NCBI GenBank assembly: GCA_963764725.1
Contig: CAVXTM010000001.1
Span: 352,001 to 416,000, forward strand
Source of the DNA: an uncultured Gammaproteobacteria bacterium
GTDB lineage: Bacteria > Pseudomonadota > Gammaproteobacteria > JACCXJ01
Length of the DNA stretch: 64,000 nucleotides
Direction: 5' to 3'
The notes beneath the pieces are model-generated. The model was not told the origin of the DNA and searched no databases. It was given only the letters and a program-made list of their open reading frames with translations. Below are positions 31,053-39,934 of the stretch, one piece after another. Within the stretch, counting starts at the first letter, position 1. Each line of letters begins with the position of its first letter. The position numbers and the translations under genes are program-made.

Positions 31053-32530
31053 TCCGCGAGCACCTGCCGGCCTTGCTGGTGGTGGTGCCGCTCGCTGCGG
31101 CGCCGCTCATCGTGCTGCTGCGCCACGCCGCGCTGGGCTGGCTGCTGGCCTGCGCCGCGAGTCTGTTCGCCTTTGGCGCGAGCCTCGCGCTCGCCGCGGA
31201 GGTCGCGCGCGTGGGTGCCATCTCCTACGCCATGGGCAACTGGCCGCCGCCCTGGGGCATCGAGTACCGCATCGACGCGCTGTCTTCCGTCGTCCTGGTC
31301 TTGGTCTCGGCAATCGGCGCGCTGGTCGCGCCCTACGCCTGGCGCAGCGTGGCTGCGGAACTGCCGCGCGAGCAGCACTACCTTTACCACGCGGTGTACT
31401 GTCTGTGCCTCGCGGGACTGCTCGGCATGGCGGCGACCGGGGACGCGTTCAATCTCTTCGTGTTCATGGAAGTCGCGTCGCTCGCCATGTACGTGCTGAT
31501 CGCGCTGGGGCGCGACCGCCGTGCGCTGCTCGCCGCCTACCAGTACCTGATCCTCGGCACCATCGGCGCCACGTTCTACGTCATCGGCGTGGGGCTGCTT
31601 TACCTCGTCACCGGCACGCTCAATATCGCCGACATGGCGCAGCGCTTGCCGGAGGCGGGTAGCGCGCGCCCGGTGCTCGCAGCGCTCGCCTTCATCACGG
31701 TGGGCATTTCGCTCAAGCTCGCGCTGTTCCCGCTGCACCTGTGGCTGCCGAACGCTTACGCCTATGCGCCTTCGGCCGTCGCCGCGTTCCTCGCGGCGAC
31801 GGCGACCAAGGTCTCGGTATACGTGCTGCTACGCTACTACTTCAGCGTGTTCGGGCACGGCCTCGTGGTCGAGTCGCTACCGGTGCCCGGGATCCTGATC
31901 GGCCTTTCGGCCATCGCCATCGTCAGCGCTTCGCTGGTGGCGCTGTGGCAGGCGGACTTCAAGCGCGTGCTCGCCTACTCGAGTGTGGCGCAGATCGGCT
32001 ACATCACGCTCGGCATCGGCCTGGCAACGGCGGACGGCCTCACGGCCGCCGTGGCGCACTTGTTCAATCACGGCATCACCAAGGGAGCGCTGTTCCTCCT
32101 CGTCGGCGGCATTGCGCTGCGTGCTGGGGGCGCGGGCTTCGAACGCCTGCGCGGCCTCGCGCGCGCCATGCCGCTCACCACGCTCGGCATCACGCTCGCG
32201 GGGCTGTCGCTCATCGGCGTGCCCGGCACCGCGGGCTTCGTCAGCAAGTGGTACCTCGTGCTGGGCGCAGTCCGGGCCGAGGCCTGGTGGCTGGCCGCGC
32301 TCGTGGTCCTGACCTCGCTCATCGCGGTGGCCTACGTCTGGCGTTTCGTGGAAGCGGCCTACCTGAGCGAGCCCGCACCGGGCGCGACACCGGCGGCCGA
32401 AGCTCCGGCGTCGATGCTCGCCCTGTCCTGGGTGCTGGTCGGCGCCTGCCTGTGGTTCGGGTTCGATACTTCCTTCACCGTGGAGGGCGCGCGGCGCGCG
32501 GCGCTCCTCATGCTCGGGGGCGCGCCGTGA
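31049..32530 (+). CDS. mnhD: Mrp/Mnh antiporter subunit D family
   Basis: GNWPPPWGIEYRID, DAFNLFVFMEV, KLALFPLHLWLPNAY; probable CTG start in CTGA overlap. Confidence 0.9.
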   Translation: MIREHLPALLVVVPLAAAPLIVLLRHAALGWLLACAASLFAFGASLALAAEVARVGAISYAMGNWPPPWGIEYRIDALSSVVLVLVSAIGALVAPYAWRSVAAELPREQHYLYHAVYCLCLAGLLGMAATGDAFNLFVFMEVASLAMYVLIALGRDRRALLAAYQYLILGTIGATFYVIGVGLLYLVTGTLNIADMAQRLPEAGSARPVLAALAFITVGISLKLALFPLHLWLPNAYAYAPSAVAAFLAATATKVSVYVLLRYYFSVFGHGLVVESLPVPGILIGLSAIAIVSASLVALWQADFKRVLAYSSVAQIGYITLGIGLATADGLTAAVAHLFNHGITKGALFLLVGGIALRAGGAGFERLRGLARAMPLTTLGITLAGLSLIGVPGTAGFVSKWYLVLGAVRAEAWWLAALVVLTSLIAVAYVWRFVEAAYLSEPAPGATPAAEAPASMLALSWVLVGACLWFGFDTSFTVEGARRAALLMLGGAP

Positions 32531-33981
32531 CCGCCGCGCAGTTGATCCTCGGTTGCCTGGCGCTTCCCGCGGCGGGCGCAGCGGGGATCGCGCTCGCCGG
32601 GCGCTGGCCCAACCTGCGCGAGACGGTGACGCTCGCCACCGCCGTGCTGCTCTTCGCCTCCGTGCTGGGTCTTCTGCCCAAGGTGCTCGACGGCGGCGTG
32701 CCGCAACTCTTCCTGATCGAGATGCTGCCCGACATCGCCCTCGGTTTCCGCGTCGAGCCGCTCGGCATGCTGTTCGCGCTGGTCGCCTCCGGCCTGTGGA
32801 TCGTGAACTCGGTGTATTCCATCGGCTACATGCGCGGCAACGACGAGCCGCACCAGACGCGCTTCTACGTGTGCTTCGCGCTCGCGCTCGCCGCCACCAT
32901 GGGCATCGCGTTCTCGGCGAACCTGCTGACGTTGTTCCTGTTCTACGAGATGCTGACGCTCGTGACCTGGCCGCTGGTCACGCACCACGGCGACGACGAG
33001 GCGCGCAGGGGCGGCCGCATCTATCTCGGGTTCCTGATCGGCACCTCGATCGCGCTGCTGCTGCCGGCGATCATCGCCACCTGGGCGCTTGCGGGCACGG
33101 TGGAGTTCACCCCGGGCGGCATCCTGCGCGACAATGCCTCGGGGTCCGAGATCGGCGGGCTGCTCGTGCTCTTCGTGTTCGGCATCGGCAAGGCGGCGCT
33201 GATGCCTTTTCACCGCTGGCTGCCGGCGGCGATGGTGGCGCCGACGCCGGTTTCGGCGCTGCTGCACGCGGTGGCGGTGGTGAAGGCGGGCGTGTTCGCG
33301 GTGGTGAAGGTGCTGGTGTACGTGTTCGGCGTCGATCTGCTGACTGGGGCGCGCGCCGCTGACTGGCTGCCGGCGGCCGCCGGCTTCACCATTGTGGCCG
33401 CGTCCATCGTCGCGCTTCGCTCGGACAACCTGAAGCGCCGCTTGGCGTATTCCACCGTGAGCCAGCTGTCCTACGTGGTGCTGGCGGCAGCGCTACTCAC
33501 GCCGCTGTCGGTGGCGGCCGCAGTCCTGCACATCGCGACACACGCAGTGGGCAAGATTACGCTGTTCTTCGCCGCCGGTGCGATCTACACCGCCTCGGGC
33601 AAGACCGAGGTGAGCGAGCTCGACGGCATCGGCCGGTGCATGCCCTGGACCATGGGCGCGTTCACGATAGGCGCGCTGTCGCTCGTCGGCATCCCGCCGC
33701 TGGCGGGATTCATGAGCAAATGGATGATGTTCCAGGGCGCGGCGCAGGCTGGCAACGGCATGGCGCTTGCCGTGCTGGCGCTCTCCACGCTGCTCAACGC
33801 GGCTTACTTCCTGCCGATCGTGCATGCAGCGTTCTGGCGCGCCCCACGCGAAGGCGATCCCGCGCACGGCGAGGCGCCGTGGCCGAGCGTCGTCGCGCTG
33901 GTCGCGACCGCCGCAGCGACCATCGTATTGCCCTTTGCCGCCGCGGTGCCCCTGACGCTAGCGCGCGCCGTGGCCGGATGA
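32527..33981 (+). CDS. Mrp subunit D-family paralogue
   Basis: GKAALMPFHRWLPAAMVAPTPVSALLH, LKRRLAYSTVSQL; GTGA start at 32527. Confidence 0.88.
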   Translation: MTAAQLILGCLALPAAGAAGIALAGRWPNLRETVTLATAVLLFASVLGLLPKVLDGGVPQLFLIEMLPDIALGFRVEPLGMLFALVASGLWIVNSVYSIGYMRGNDEPHQTRFYVCFALALAATMGIAFSANLLTLFLFYEMLTLVTWPLVTHHGDDEARRGGRIYLGFLIGTSIALLLPAIIATWALAGTVEFTPGGILRDNASGSEIGGLLVLFVFGIGKAALMPFHRWLPAAMVAPTPVSALLHAVAVVKAGVFAVVKVLVYVFGVDLLTGARAADWLPAAAGFTIVAASIVALRSDNLKRRLAYSTVSQLSYVVLAAALLTPLSVAAAVLHIATHAVGKITLFFAAGAIYTASGKTEVSELDGIGRCMPWTMGAFTIGALSLVGIPPLAGFMSKWMMFQGAAQAGNGMALAVLALSTLLNAAYFLPIVHAAFWRAPREGDPAHGEAPWPSVVALVATAAATIVLPFAAAVPLTLARAVAG

Positions 33982-33994
33982 GAAGACGAACAGG

Positions 33995-34246
33995 ATGAAT
34001 CCCGACAGGAAGCGCTACTGGCTCGACGATCCGAGCAACGTCACCAAGCTCTACCGCGGCTTGTGGGGCGTCGGCATCCTGCTGGTGCTGCTCGACTTGG
34101 CGGTGCACCGGCACGCCGAGGCCGGGTTCGACGGCTTGTTCGGGTTCTACGGCCTGTACGGCTTCGTCGCCTGCGTGGCGCTGGTGCTGGCGGCGAAGTT
34201 GCTGCGCCGGGCAGTGATGCGGCCCGAGGACTACTATGATCGCTGA
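33995..34246 (+). CDS. Small membrane protein within Mrp operon
   Basis: WLDDPSNV..FYGLYGFVACVALV..RPEDYYD; overlaps next gene. Confidence 0.75.
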   Translation: MNPDRKRYWLDDPSNVTKLYRGLWGVGILLVLLDLAVHRHAEAGFDGLFGFYGLYGFVACVALVLAAKLLRRAVMRPEDYYDR

Positions 34247-35927
34247 CATTCCCGCCGGGCTGATCCTCATCGCCGCCGGCCTCGCGGCGCCGCTCGTGCC
34301 GCGGCCCTTGCGCGGCTGGCTGCTGTTGGCGGCACCGTTCGTCGCGGCGGCACAGCTCCTGGCCCTGCCGGTAGGCGCGCGCGTCGACGTCGAGGCTTTC
34401 GGCTTTGCGCTGCAGATGGTGCGCGCGGATCGGCTGAGCCTAGCGTTCGGCTATATCTTCGTCATCGCCGCCTTCCTAAACGTGCTATTCGCCTGGCACG
34501 TGCGCGACGGCGTCGAGCAGGCGGCCGCAATGGTCTACGCGGGCGCCGCGGTGGCGGCAGTGTTCGCCGGCGACCTGCTGACATTGTTCGTGTTCTGGGA
34601 GCTGACGGCCGTGGCCTCGCTGGTCGTGGTGTGGGCGCAAGGGTCGAAGCGCGCCTATGCCGCCGGCATGCGCTACCTCGTGATCCAGCTCGGCTCGGGC
34701 ATGCTGCTCGCCGCCGGCGCTGCGCTACGCTACGCCGAGACCGGCTCGCTCGCCTTCGACCTCATCGGGCTGGACAGCCCGGCTGGCGCACTGCTGCTGC
34801 TGGCCTTCGGCATTAAGTGCGCGTTTCCGCTGTTGCACAACTGGCTGCAGGACGTGTACCCGGAAGCGAGCGCCACCGGCACCGTGGTGCTCTCGGCCTT
34901 CACCACCAAGCTCGGCATCTACGCGTTGGCGCGCGCCTTTCCCGGCACCGAGATGCTGGTGTGGGTGGGCGCGGCCATGGCCGCGTTCCCGATCTTCTAC
35001 GCGGTGATCGAGAACGACCTGCGCCGCGTGCTCGCATACAGCGTCAACAACCAGCTTGGCTTCATGGTGGTGGGCATCGGCCTGGGCACCGACCTCGGCG
35101 TGAACGGCGCTGTGGCGCACGCCTTCGCCGACATCCTGTTCAAGGCGCTGCTGTTCATGTCCATGGGCGCGGTGCTGCTGCGCACCGGCACCGTGAACGG
35201 CACGGATCTCGGGGGGCTGTACAAGTCGATGCCGTGGACCGCGGGCTTCTGCATGGTAGGCGCGGCCTCCATCTCGGCCTTCCCGCTGTTCAGCGGCTTC
35301 GTCACCAAGTCTATGATCATGGTCTCCGCTGCCCAGGAAGGCTACCTGCTGGAATGGCTAGTCCTGCTGTTCGCGTCGGCGGGCGTGTTCCATCACGCCG
35401 GAATAAAGATTCCGTTCTTCGCGTTCTTCGCCCATGACTCCGGCATCCGTTGCAAGGAAGCGCCGCAGCACATGCTCGCCGCCATGGCGCTTGCCGCGCT
35501 GCTTTGCATCGGCATCGGCTGCTTCCCGGCCGTGCTCTATGCCATCCTGCCGCGCGCCGTGGACTACGCGCCCTATACCGCCTCGCACGTGCTCTCGCAG
35601 TTGCAACTCCTCGTGTTTTCCGCGCTCGCCTTCTCGGTTCTCATGCGCACCGGGATCTACCCCCCCGAGATGCGCTCGGTGAACCTGGACTTCGACTGGA
35701 CCTACCGGCGCATGGGCGCGCGCCTCGCGGCGGCGGGCGCGGGGGCGATCGGGGCACTCAATGCGGCCTGCGCCCGGGGCCTGAATGGCACCGCGCAACG
35801 CGTCGGCGGGTGGCTGCAGGGCGTGCATGGCGCCGAGGGCATCCTGGCTCGAACGTGGACCACCGGAAGCATGGTGCTGTGGGTGGCGCTGATGCTCGCC
35901 GCCTACCTCCTGGCGTATTATCTGTAA
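34236..35927 (+). CDS. Mrp subunit D/A-like proton-conducting membrane protein
   Basis: KCAFPLLHNWLQDVYP, SAFTTK, ENDLRRVLAYS. Confidence 0.88.
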   Translation: MIADIPAGLILIAAGLAAPLVPRPLRGWLLLAAPFVAAAQLLALPVGARVDVEAFGFALQMVRADRLSLAFGYIFVIAAFLNVLFAWHVRDGVEQAAAMVYAGAAVAAVFAGDLLTLFVFWELTAVASLVVVWAQGSKRAYAAGMRYLVIQLGSGMLLAAGAALRYAETGSLAFDLIGLDSPAGALLLLAFGIKCAFPLLHNWLQDVYPEASATGTVVLSAFTTKLGIYALARAFPGTEMLVWVGAAMAAFPIFYAVIENDLRRVLAYSVNNQLGFMVVGIGLGTDLGVNGAVAHAFADILFKALLFMSMGAVLLRTGTVNGTDLGGLYKSMPWTAGFCMVGAASISAFPLFSGFVTKSMIMVSAAQEGYLLEWLVLLFASAGVFHHAGIKIPFFAFFAHDSGIRCKEAPQHMLAAMALAALLCIGIGCFPAVLYAILPRAVDYAPYTASHVLSQLQLLVFSALAFSVLMRTGIYPPEMRSVNLDFDWTYRRMGARLAAAGAGAIGALNAACARGLNGTAQRVGGWLQGVHGAEGILARTWTTGSMVLWVALMLAAYLLAYYL

Positions 35928-36016
35928 GGCGGACGGTTGCTTGAATGTAGGCGAAGGCTTGAACGCGCTTAAGGTGAGTTGCGTAAAATCTTCAGGCGGT
36001 AATAAAGCGCTGTACC

Positions 36017-36052
36017 GCGACCCAGCCGCGCATCGCAAAGCGGCTGGGTCGC
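36017..36052. terminator. 13-bp stem hairpin between convergent genes
   Basis: GCGACCCAGCCGC-N10-GCGGCTGGGTCGC; no strong U-tract. Confidence 0.5.
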
Positions 36053-36068
36053 ACTCTGTACAAACACA

Positions 36069-36665
36069 CTATTGGTAGTAACTCTCTAGCTGTCTATTCC
36101 AGTCTCGGTCCGCCACTTCGGGCCAGTCGTTGTCTTTGAAGCTTGGCGCGTTCTTCCACGCGGTCTGGTCCAGGTTGAGGGTAAAGCCATCTGCTTGGCT
36201 ATTCAGGCTCAGCGCCTTCCACGGAACCGCACGCAGCGTATCCCCCACTCCTAGCAAACCGCCAGAGGAGATCACGACATAAGCAATATTCCCATTGTCG
36301 AAGTTAAGAACGAGATCGTGGATTTCGCCGAGAGCTTCGCCCTGGGAATTCTTTACCTTCATCCCAATAACAGTCTTCGCGCGGTGCGTCTGCGCGAGAT
36401 CGCGCCGGAGATCCGCGCGTGCCTCGGTAACATCTTGCCTTTCTTCCATCACATCCTTGCGCGCTTCGGTCACATCCTGTTGCTCGTCACGTTGCCCTTC
36501 GAGCACATCTTGCTGCTCTTCTCGCACGTCCTGCTGCTCGTCCCGCACATCCTCTTGCTGTTGTAGCACTTCTTCGCGTTTATCTTCGACATCCACCGCC
36601 ACTACCGGCGCCGCCATGCCCACGGTCAGCGCCGAGACGGCCAAAAACTTGTATACATCTCTCAT
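36069..36665 (-). CDS. Secreted PRC-barrel protein with heptad-repeat stalk
   Basis: Signal peptide; EQQDVRE-type repeats; VKNSQGEALGEIHDL, YVVISSGGLLGVG, AVPW. Confidence 0.85.
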   Translation of the reverse strand: MRDVYKFLAVSALTVGMAAPVVAVDVEDKREEVLQQQEDVRDEQQDVREEQQDVLEGQRDEQQDVTEARKDVMEERQDVTEARADLRRDLAQTHRAKTVIGMKVKNSQGEALGEIHDLVLNFDNGNIAYVVISSGGLLGVGDTLRAVPWKALSLNSQADGFTLNLDQTAWKNAPSFKDNDWPEVADRDWNRQLESYYQ

Positions 36666-36742
36666 GATAACCTCCACATTAATACGACTCTCGATTGACC
36701 CCGGCGCCGCGGATGCGACACCGCCGTTCGCTACGGCGACGT

Positions 36743-37177
36743 TCAGACCCTAGACATCAAGCCATCGATTGTTCTAACGTGCATCCGCTGGGTTGCGAGT
36801 AGATCGCTGATGAGCGTTTTCTGATCTTGGGGTACGCCCGCATCGCCCAGAACATCCGCATACTCTTTCAAGCCGCTTTCCTCGCCTTCCTTCAAGGCCC
36901 TCAGCGCCGCCTTGTCACCAAAGAGCTGGGCTGTTCCCATGACAATCTTCGACCAGGCGCCCCATGCGCCAGAACTATGCACTGGCTCCCCACCCTTTTG
37001 ACGAATTGCCGCCTCGATCCGGGAGGCTGCTCTTTGATGGTCGTTGAGGATTGCACTCAGTTCATCGAACGCCGGTAAGTGCTCGGGATCGGTGTCTTTC
37101 TTCTCTAGGGCCTGCTGATAGGTTTCTATCGCCGACAATTCGCTCTTCAGCACCTTATTCAGTTCATCGTGCATCAT
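36743..37177 (-). CDS. DUF2383/PA2169-like ferritin-fold four-helix protein
   Basis: ELSAIETYQQAL, SSGAWG, LKEGEESGLKEY. Confidence 0.8.
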   Translation of the reverse strand: MMHDELNKVLKSELSAIETYQQALEKKDTDPEHLPAFDELSAILNDHQRAASRIEAAIRQKGGEPVHSSGAWGAWSKIVMGTAQLFGDKAALRALKEGEESGLKEYADVLGDAGVPQDQKTLISDLLATQRMHVRTIDGLMSRV

Positions 37178-37252
37178 ATTAACCTCCGGTTCGTTGAGAC
37201 GTGAATTCCACCGCGAGCGGAGACACTGGCCCGCGGTTCGTTTATACCTTCC

Positions 37253-37355
37253 ACAAGCTTCGTGCCATTGGATATGTCTATATCAATCAATTTGTTAAGC
37301 GAAGGAGCGACAATAGGTATCGGTAACAATTACCTACGAGTAGCGTAACTTCTAC
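37253..37355 (-). promoter_or_regulatory. sigma54-type promoter with IHF site and paired upstream sites
   Basis: TGGCACGAAGCTTGT (37267-37253); IHF-consensus AATCAATTTGTTA (37285-37297); GTAACAATTAC (37323) and GTAACTTCTAC (37345). Confidence 0.6.
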
Positions 37356-37401
37356 AGAATCGCGTGGCTCGGCAGAGTGACGCGTTTGGGCCCGCTACTA
37401 A

Positions 37402-37641
37402 CTAAGGAGAGGCAGAAGCCGCCCCGCCTTCCCGGCCTCCCTTCCTGGCCGGAGCCTTGTTCACGGTTCTTCCGCGGCCGGAACCGGTTTTCTTACCGCC
37501 GCCGGTGATCTTATTGACGGTTGCCCAGGCGCGAGCTTCGGCCTGATCTTCGGGCACGCCGCGCTCGAGGTAGCCTTCCTCAATGTGTGCAGCCTGACGT
37601 TTCTGCTTGTTTGTGTACCTCGACTTGTCTCTTCTTGCCAT
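37402..37641 (-). CDS. Small basic stress-associated protein (family often labelled plasmid stabilization protein), possibly truncated
   Basis: DKSRYTNKQKRQAAHIEEGY..AEARAWATVNK..GGGKKTGSGRG. Confidence 0.7.
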   Translation of the reverse strand: MARRDKSRYTNKQKRQAAHIEEGYLERGVPEDQAEARAWATVNKITGGGKKTGSGRGRTVNKAPARKGGREGGAASASP

Positions 37642-37831
37642 GGCGATCTTCTCTTAGTTTCCTAGGCTGCCTATTGCGCGTTACTCTCTCCGGAACGTCT
37701 TCGCAGCGGCATCCCGCTCTCCAGCGCATTCAGAAGATGGTCCTCGGGGATCCTCCGGAATCATTGAAAACCCGTTGCCGGAAACCCAGCCATTCCTGGA
37801 CTGGGTCCCGGCAGGCGAACGAACTACGCAT

Positions 37832-38008
37832 CTACCACCATCGCCATGAGCTTCGACCCCATCCCATAATGAGACTAACGGCGAATACGATCAGGAAGAG
37901 CCAAAATAGGGTTTGAGCGATCCCCGCGGCGCCGGCGGCGATCCCTCCAAAACCGAAAAGTGCGGCAATTAATGCAATGATTAAAAACAATGCGGCGTAA
38001 CTTAGCAT
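37832..38008 (-). CDS. DUF1328 (UPF0391) small membrane protein
   Basis: [32 protein letters not shown]; AGGAGG RBS before ATG 38008. Confidence 0.9.
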   Translation of the reverse strand: MLSYAALFLIIALIAALFGFGGIAAGAAGIAQTLFWLFLIVFAVSLIMGWGRSSWRWW

Positions 38009-38110
38009 CTCGAAACCTCCTGCCCCCTTGGGGATAAATTGACTGATGTTCGGCTTTACCACAGCCTGGTCACATTACCAGCTCGGAAAAAACAAGCCTA
38101 ACGCGACACG

Positions 38111-38236
38111 GCAATGACTGTGCCACGGCGGCTGCCGCAGTCTAAGTCACGGTTTGTGTTACTAAAGCTTATGCTTAAACCACCCCGTGAGGACGACACT
38201 GTCAGTAAGTATTACCGCAGGAGGCGTAAAGCTTAC
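38111..38236 (-). promoter_or_regulatory. sigma54 promoter with paired upstream sites
   Basis: TGGCACAGTCATTGC (38125-38111) matches the -24/-12 consensus; GTAAGTATTAC (38205) and GTAAAGCTTAC (38226). Confidence 0.7.
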
Positions 38237-38260
38237 CGGCGTCGCGGGTTGCCCTATCTC

Positions 38261-38280
38261 TACCCTACCCTACCCTACCC
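38261..38280. repeat. (TACCC)4 short tandem repeat
   Basis: taccctaccctaccctaccc. Confidence 0.9.
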
Positions 38281-38300
38281 TCAGCGAGGCATGCTATCCG

Positions 38301-38414
38301 GTAATCTTTACGTCCTCTCTGCAATATTTACATACCGGTATCAATGAATGCGCTTTGGTATCTATTTGATCCTGCAGTCTATTGGGTCACCGGTTAGCTG
38401 GGCACCCTTCGTGC
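38301..38414 (+). promoter_or_regulatory. Putative sigma54 promoter with paired upstream sites
   Basis: GGCACCCTTCGTGC (GG-N10-GC, 38401-38414); GTAATCTTTAC (38301) and GCAATATTTAC (38321). Confidence 0.5.
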
Positions 38415-38573
38415 GATGCGGTAAGTAGGAAGGTTCTGACCGAATCGTAAGTCGTGTGGGGATCAACGGACCGGACCTGAGCTAACGGGATCGTTTCAGG
38501 GCCTTCCTCTTATAGACAGAGTATGCCTGCAAAGCAGGCTCATCAGAACGATTTTCCGTTCAGGAGTATGAAT

Positions 38574-39551
38574 ATGATGGCTAATCCTTCAAAGTATGGG
38601 CGTGACCCCAACGTCCCAGACCGCGATCTACCCCCGGTGACGGTGACCAGTGTAGAGAGCGTGGAATATGTGGCACCGAAACGCATCGCGTGGGGTGCGG
38701 TTTTTGCTGGCGTCGTGCTCGCGATTGGTATCCAAGTCTTGTTGAACATGTTGGGCACGGGGATTGGTGCAAGCACGATTGACCCACTGAGGGGCGACAC
38801 GCCCAATGCCGAAGTCTTGGGTATGTCGGCAGCCGCGTGGTGGATCCTGTCGGGTCTTATTGCGCTCTTTGTCGGTGGGTGGACCGCCGCCCGGCTCGCG
38901 GGCATACCGCGCCAGGTAGACGGGATGCTCCATGGCTTACTGGCCTGGGCTCTCTCGACCTTGGTAGTCTTTTACTTTGTCGGGACCGTCGTGGGAAGCT
39001 TGATCGGTGGTACGTTCAATTTGATCAGCGGTGGCGTTGCAGCGGTGGCCCCCCAGGTAGCCGACGCCGTCGCATCGGAAGCGGATCTCTCCTGGGAGAA
39101 CATTAGGCAGGAAGCGCGGCAGTTATTGCGTCAAACCGGCACCCCCGACCTACAGCCCGAGGCGCTGGAGCGGCGCGCGGAGCAAGCGTCCGGCGCGGCA
39201 ATGAGCGATCAGGAAATCGACTCATTATTAGGCGGCTTGATCCGTCAAGGCGAAGCGGTAGCCTCCGAAGTAGATCGTGAGGAAGTCGTGAATGTCCTGA
39301 TGGCGCGGACCGATATGAACCGCGCGGAGGCTACGCGCACCGTCGACAATTGGATTAGCACCTACGAGCGCGCCACGATCGAGGCAAATCAGCAAGCGCG
39401 CCAGGTGGCGGATACGACAGCCGATGCCGTATCGAAGGCGTCTATCTGGGGATTCCTGGCGCTACTCATCGGTGCCGCCGCAGCGGGTTGCGGCGGAATC
39501 ATCGGCACCCCGCGAACGCCGGTCGTCGCACGGACGCCGATTGCTTCGTAA
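38574..39551 (+). CDS. Conserved hypothetical membrane protein
   Basis: RIAWGAVFAG, HGLLAWALST, C-terminal TM; AGGAG RBS 7 nt before ATG 38574. Confidence 0.8.
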   Translation: MMANPSKYGRDPNVPDRDLPPVTVTSVESVEYVAPKRIAWGAVFAGVVLAIGIQVLLNMLGTGIGASTIDPLRGDTPNAEVLGMSAAAWWILSGLIALFVGGWTAARLAGIPRQVDGMLHGLLAWALSTLVVFYFVGTVVGSLIGGTFNLISGGVAAVAPQVADAVASEADLSWENIRQEARQLLRQTGTPDLQPEALERRAEQASGAAMSDQEIDSLLGGLIRQGEAVASEVDREEVVNVLMARTDMNRAEATRTVDNWISTYERATIEANQQARQVADTTADAVSKASIWGFLALLIGAAAAGCGGIIGTPRTPVVARTPIAS

Positions 39552-39600
39552 GGGTTTTACGTTCCCCCCAGAGTCGGGGGAACCCTCGGCTGCGGCGGGC

Positions 39601-39800
39601 GTCGTCGCGCATCGGTGAGGGATAAAACGGTATCAGCCATCGCGGTAACCGAGCTAGTGGAGGTATTGGAGCTTCTCCGTCAATCCGCCTAAATCTCCGA
39701 CGCCGTCTTAGCAGCCGTCGTAGAACGCCTTGACATGGAGCTGATAGATGATTGCATCTTTGTGCCAGAGCGGATCGTCTCCAAAGGCCTCGGAGAGTTT
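39601..39800 (-). pseudogene. treS: 5' remnant of trehalose synthase TreS
   Basis: DDPLWHKDAIIYQLHVKAFYDGC*DGVGDLGGLTEKLQYLH*LG, then frameshifts to LIPFYPSPMRDD; then lost. Confidence 0.85.
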
Positions 39801-39817
39801 GACGGGATTGCGAGCTT

Positions 39818-39934
39818 TTATGTAACTTCCATGAAGTAATCGAAGTCCTGCTCGCTCTGGAAAATGTGCGCCTTCACGCTGCTGAGATTGAGCTCAATGC
39901 AATTGCGCTCGATGCCCTCTCGCTGCTCCCGCAT
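39818..39934 (-). pseudogene. glgE: 3' remnant of maltosyltransferase GlgE (38-aa ORF)
   Basis: MREQREGIERNCIELNLSSVKAHIFQSEQDFDYFMEVT*; resembles the GlgE C-terminus (..AHIF..E.DFDYF) and precedes the treS relic. Confidence 0.6.

Noticed and set aside
31741-32526. Apparent 746-aa MrpA-like ORF starting at 31741
   Set aside because: The first 262 codons overlap mnhD out of frame and are Arg/Gly noise; the real start is GTG 32527
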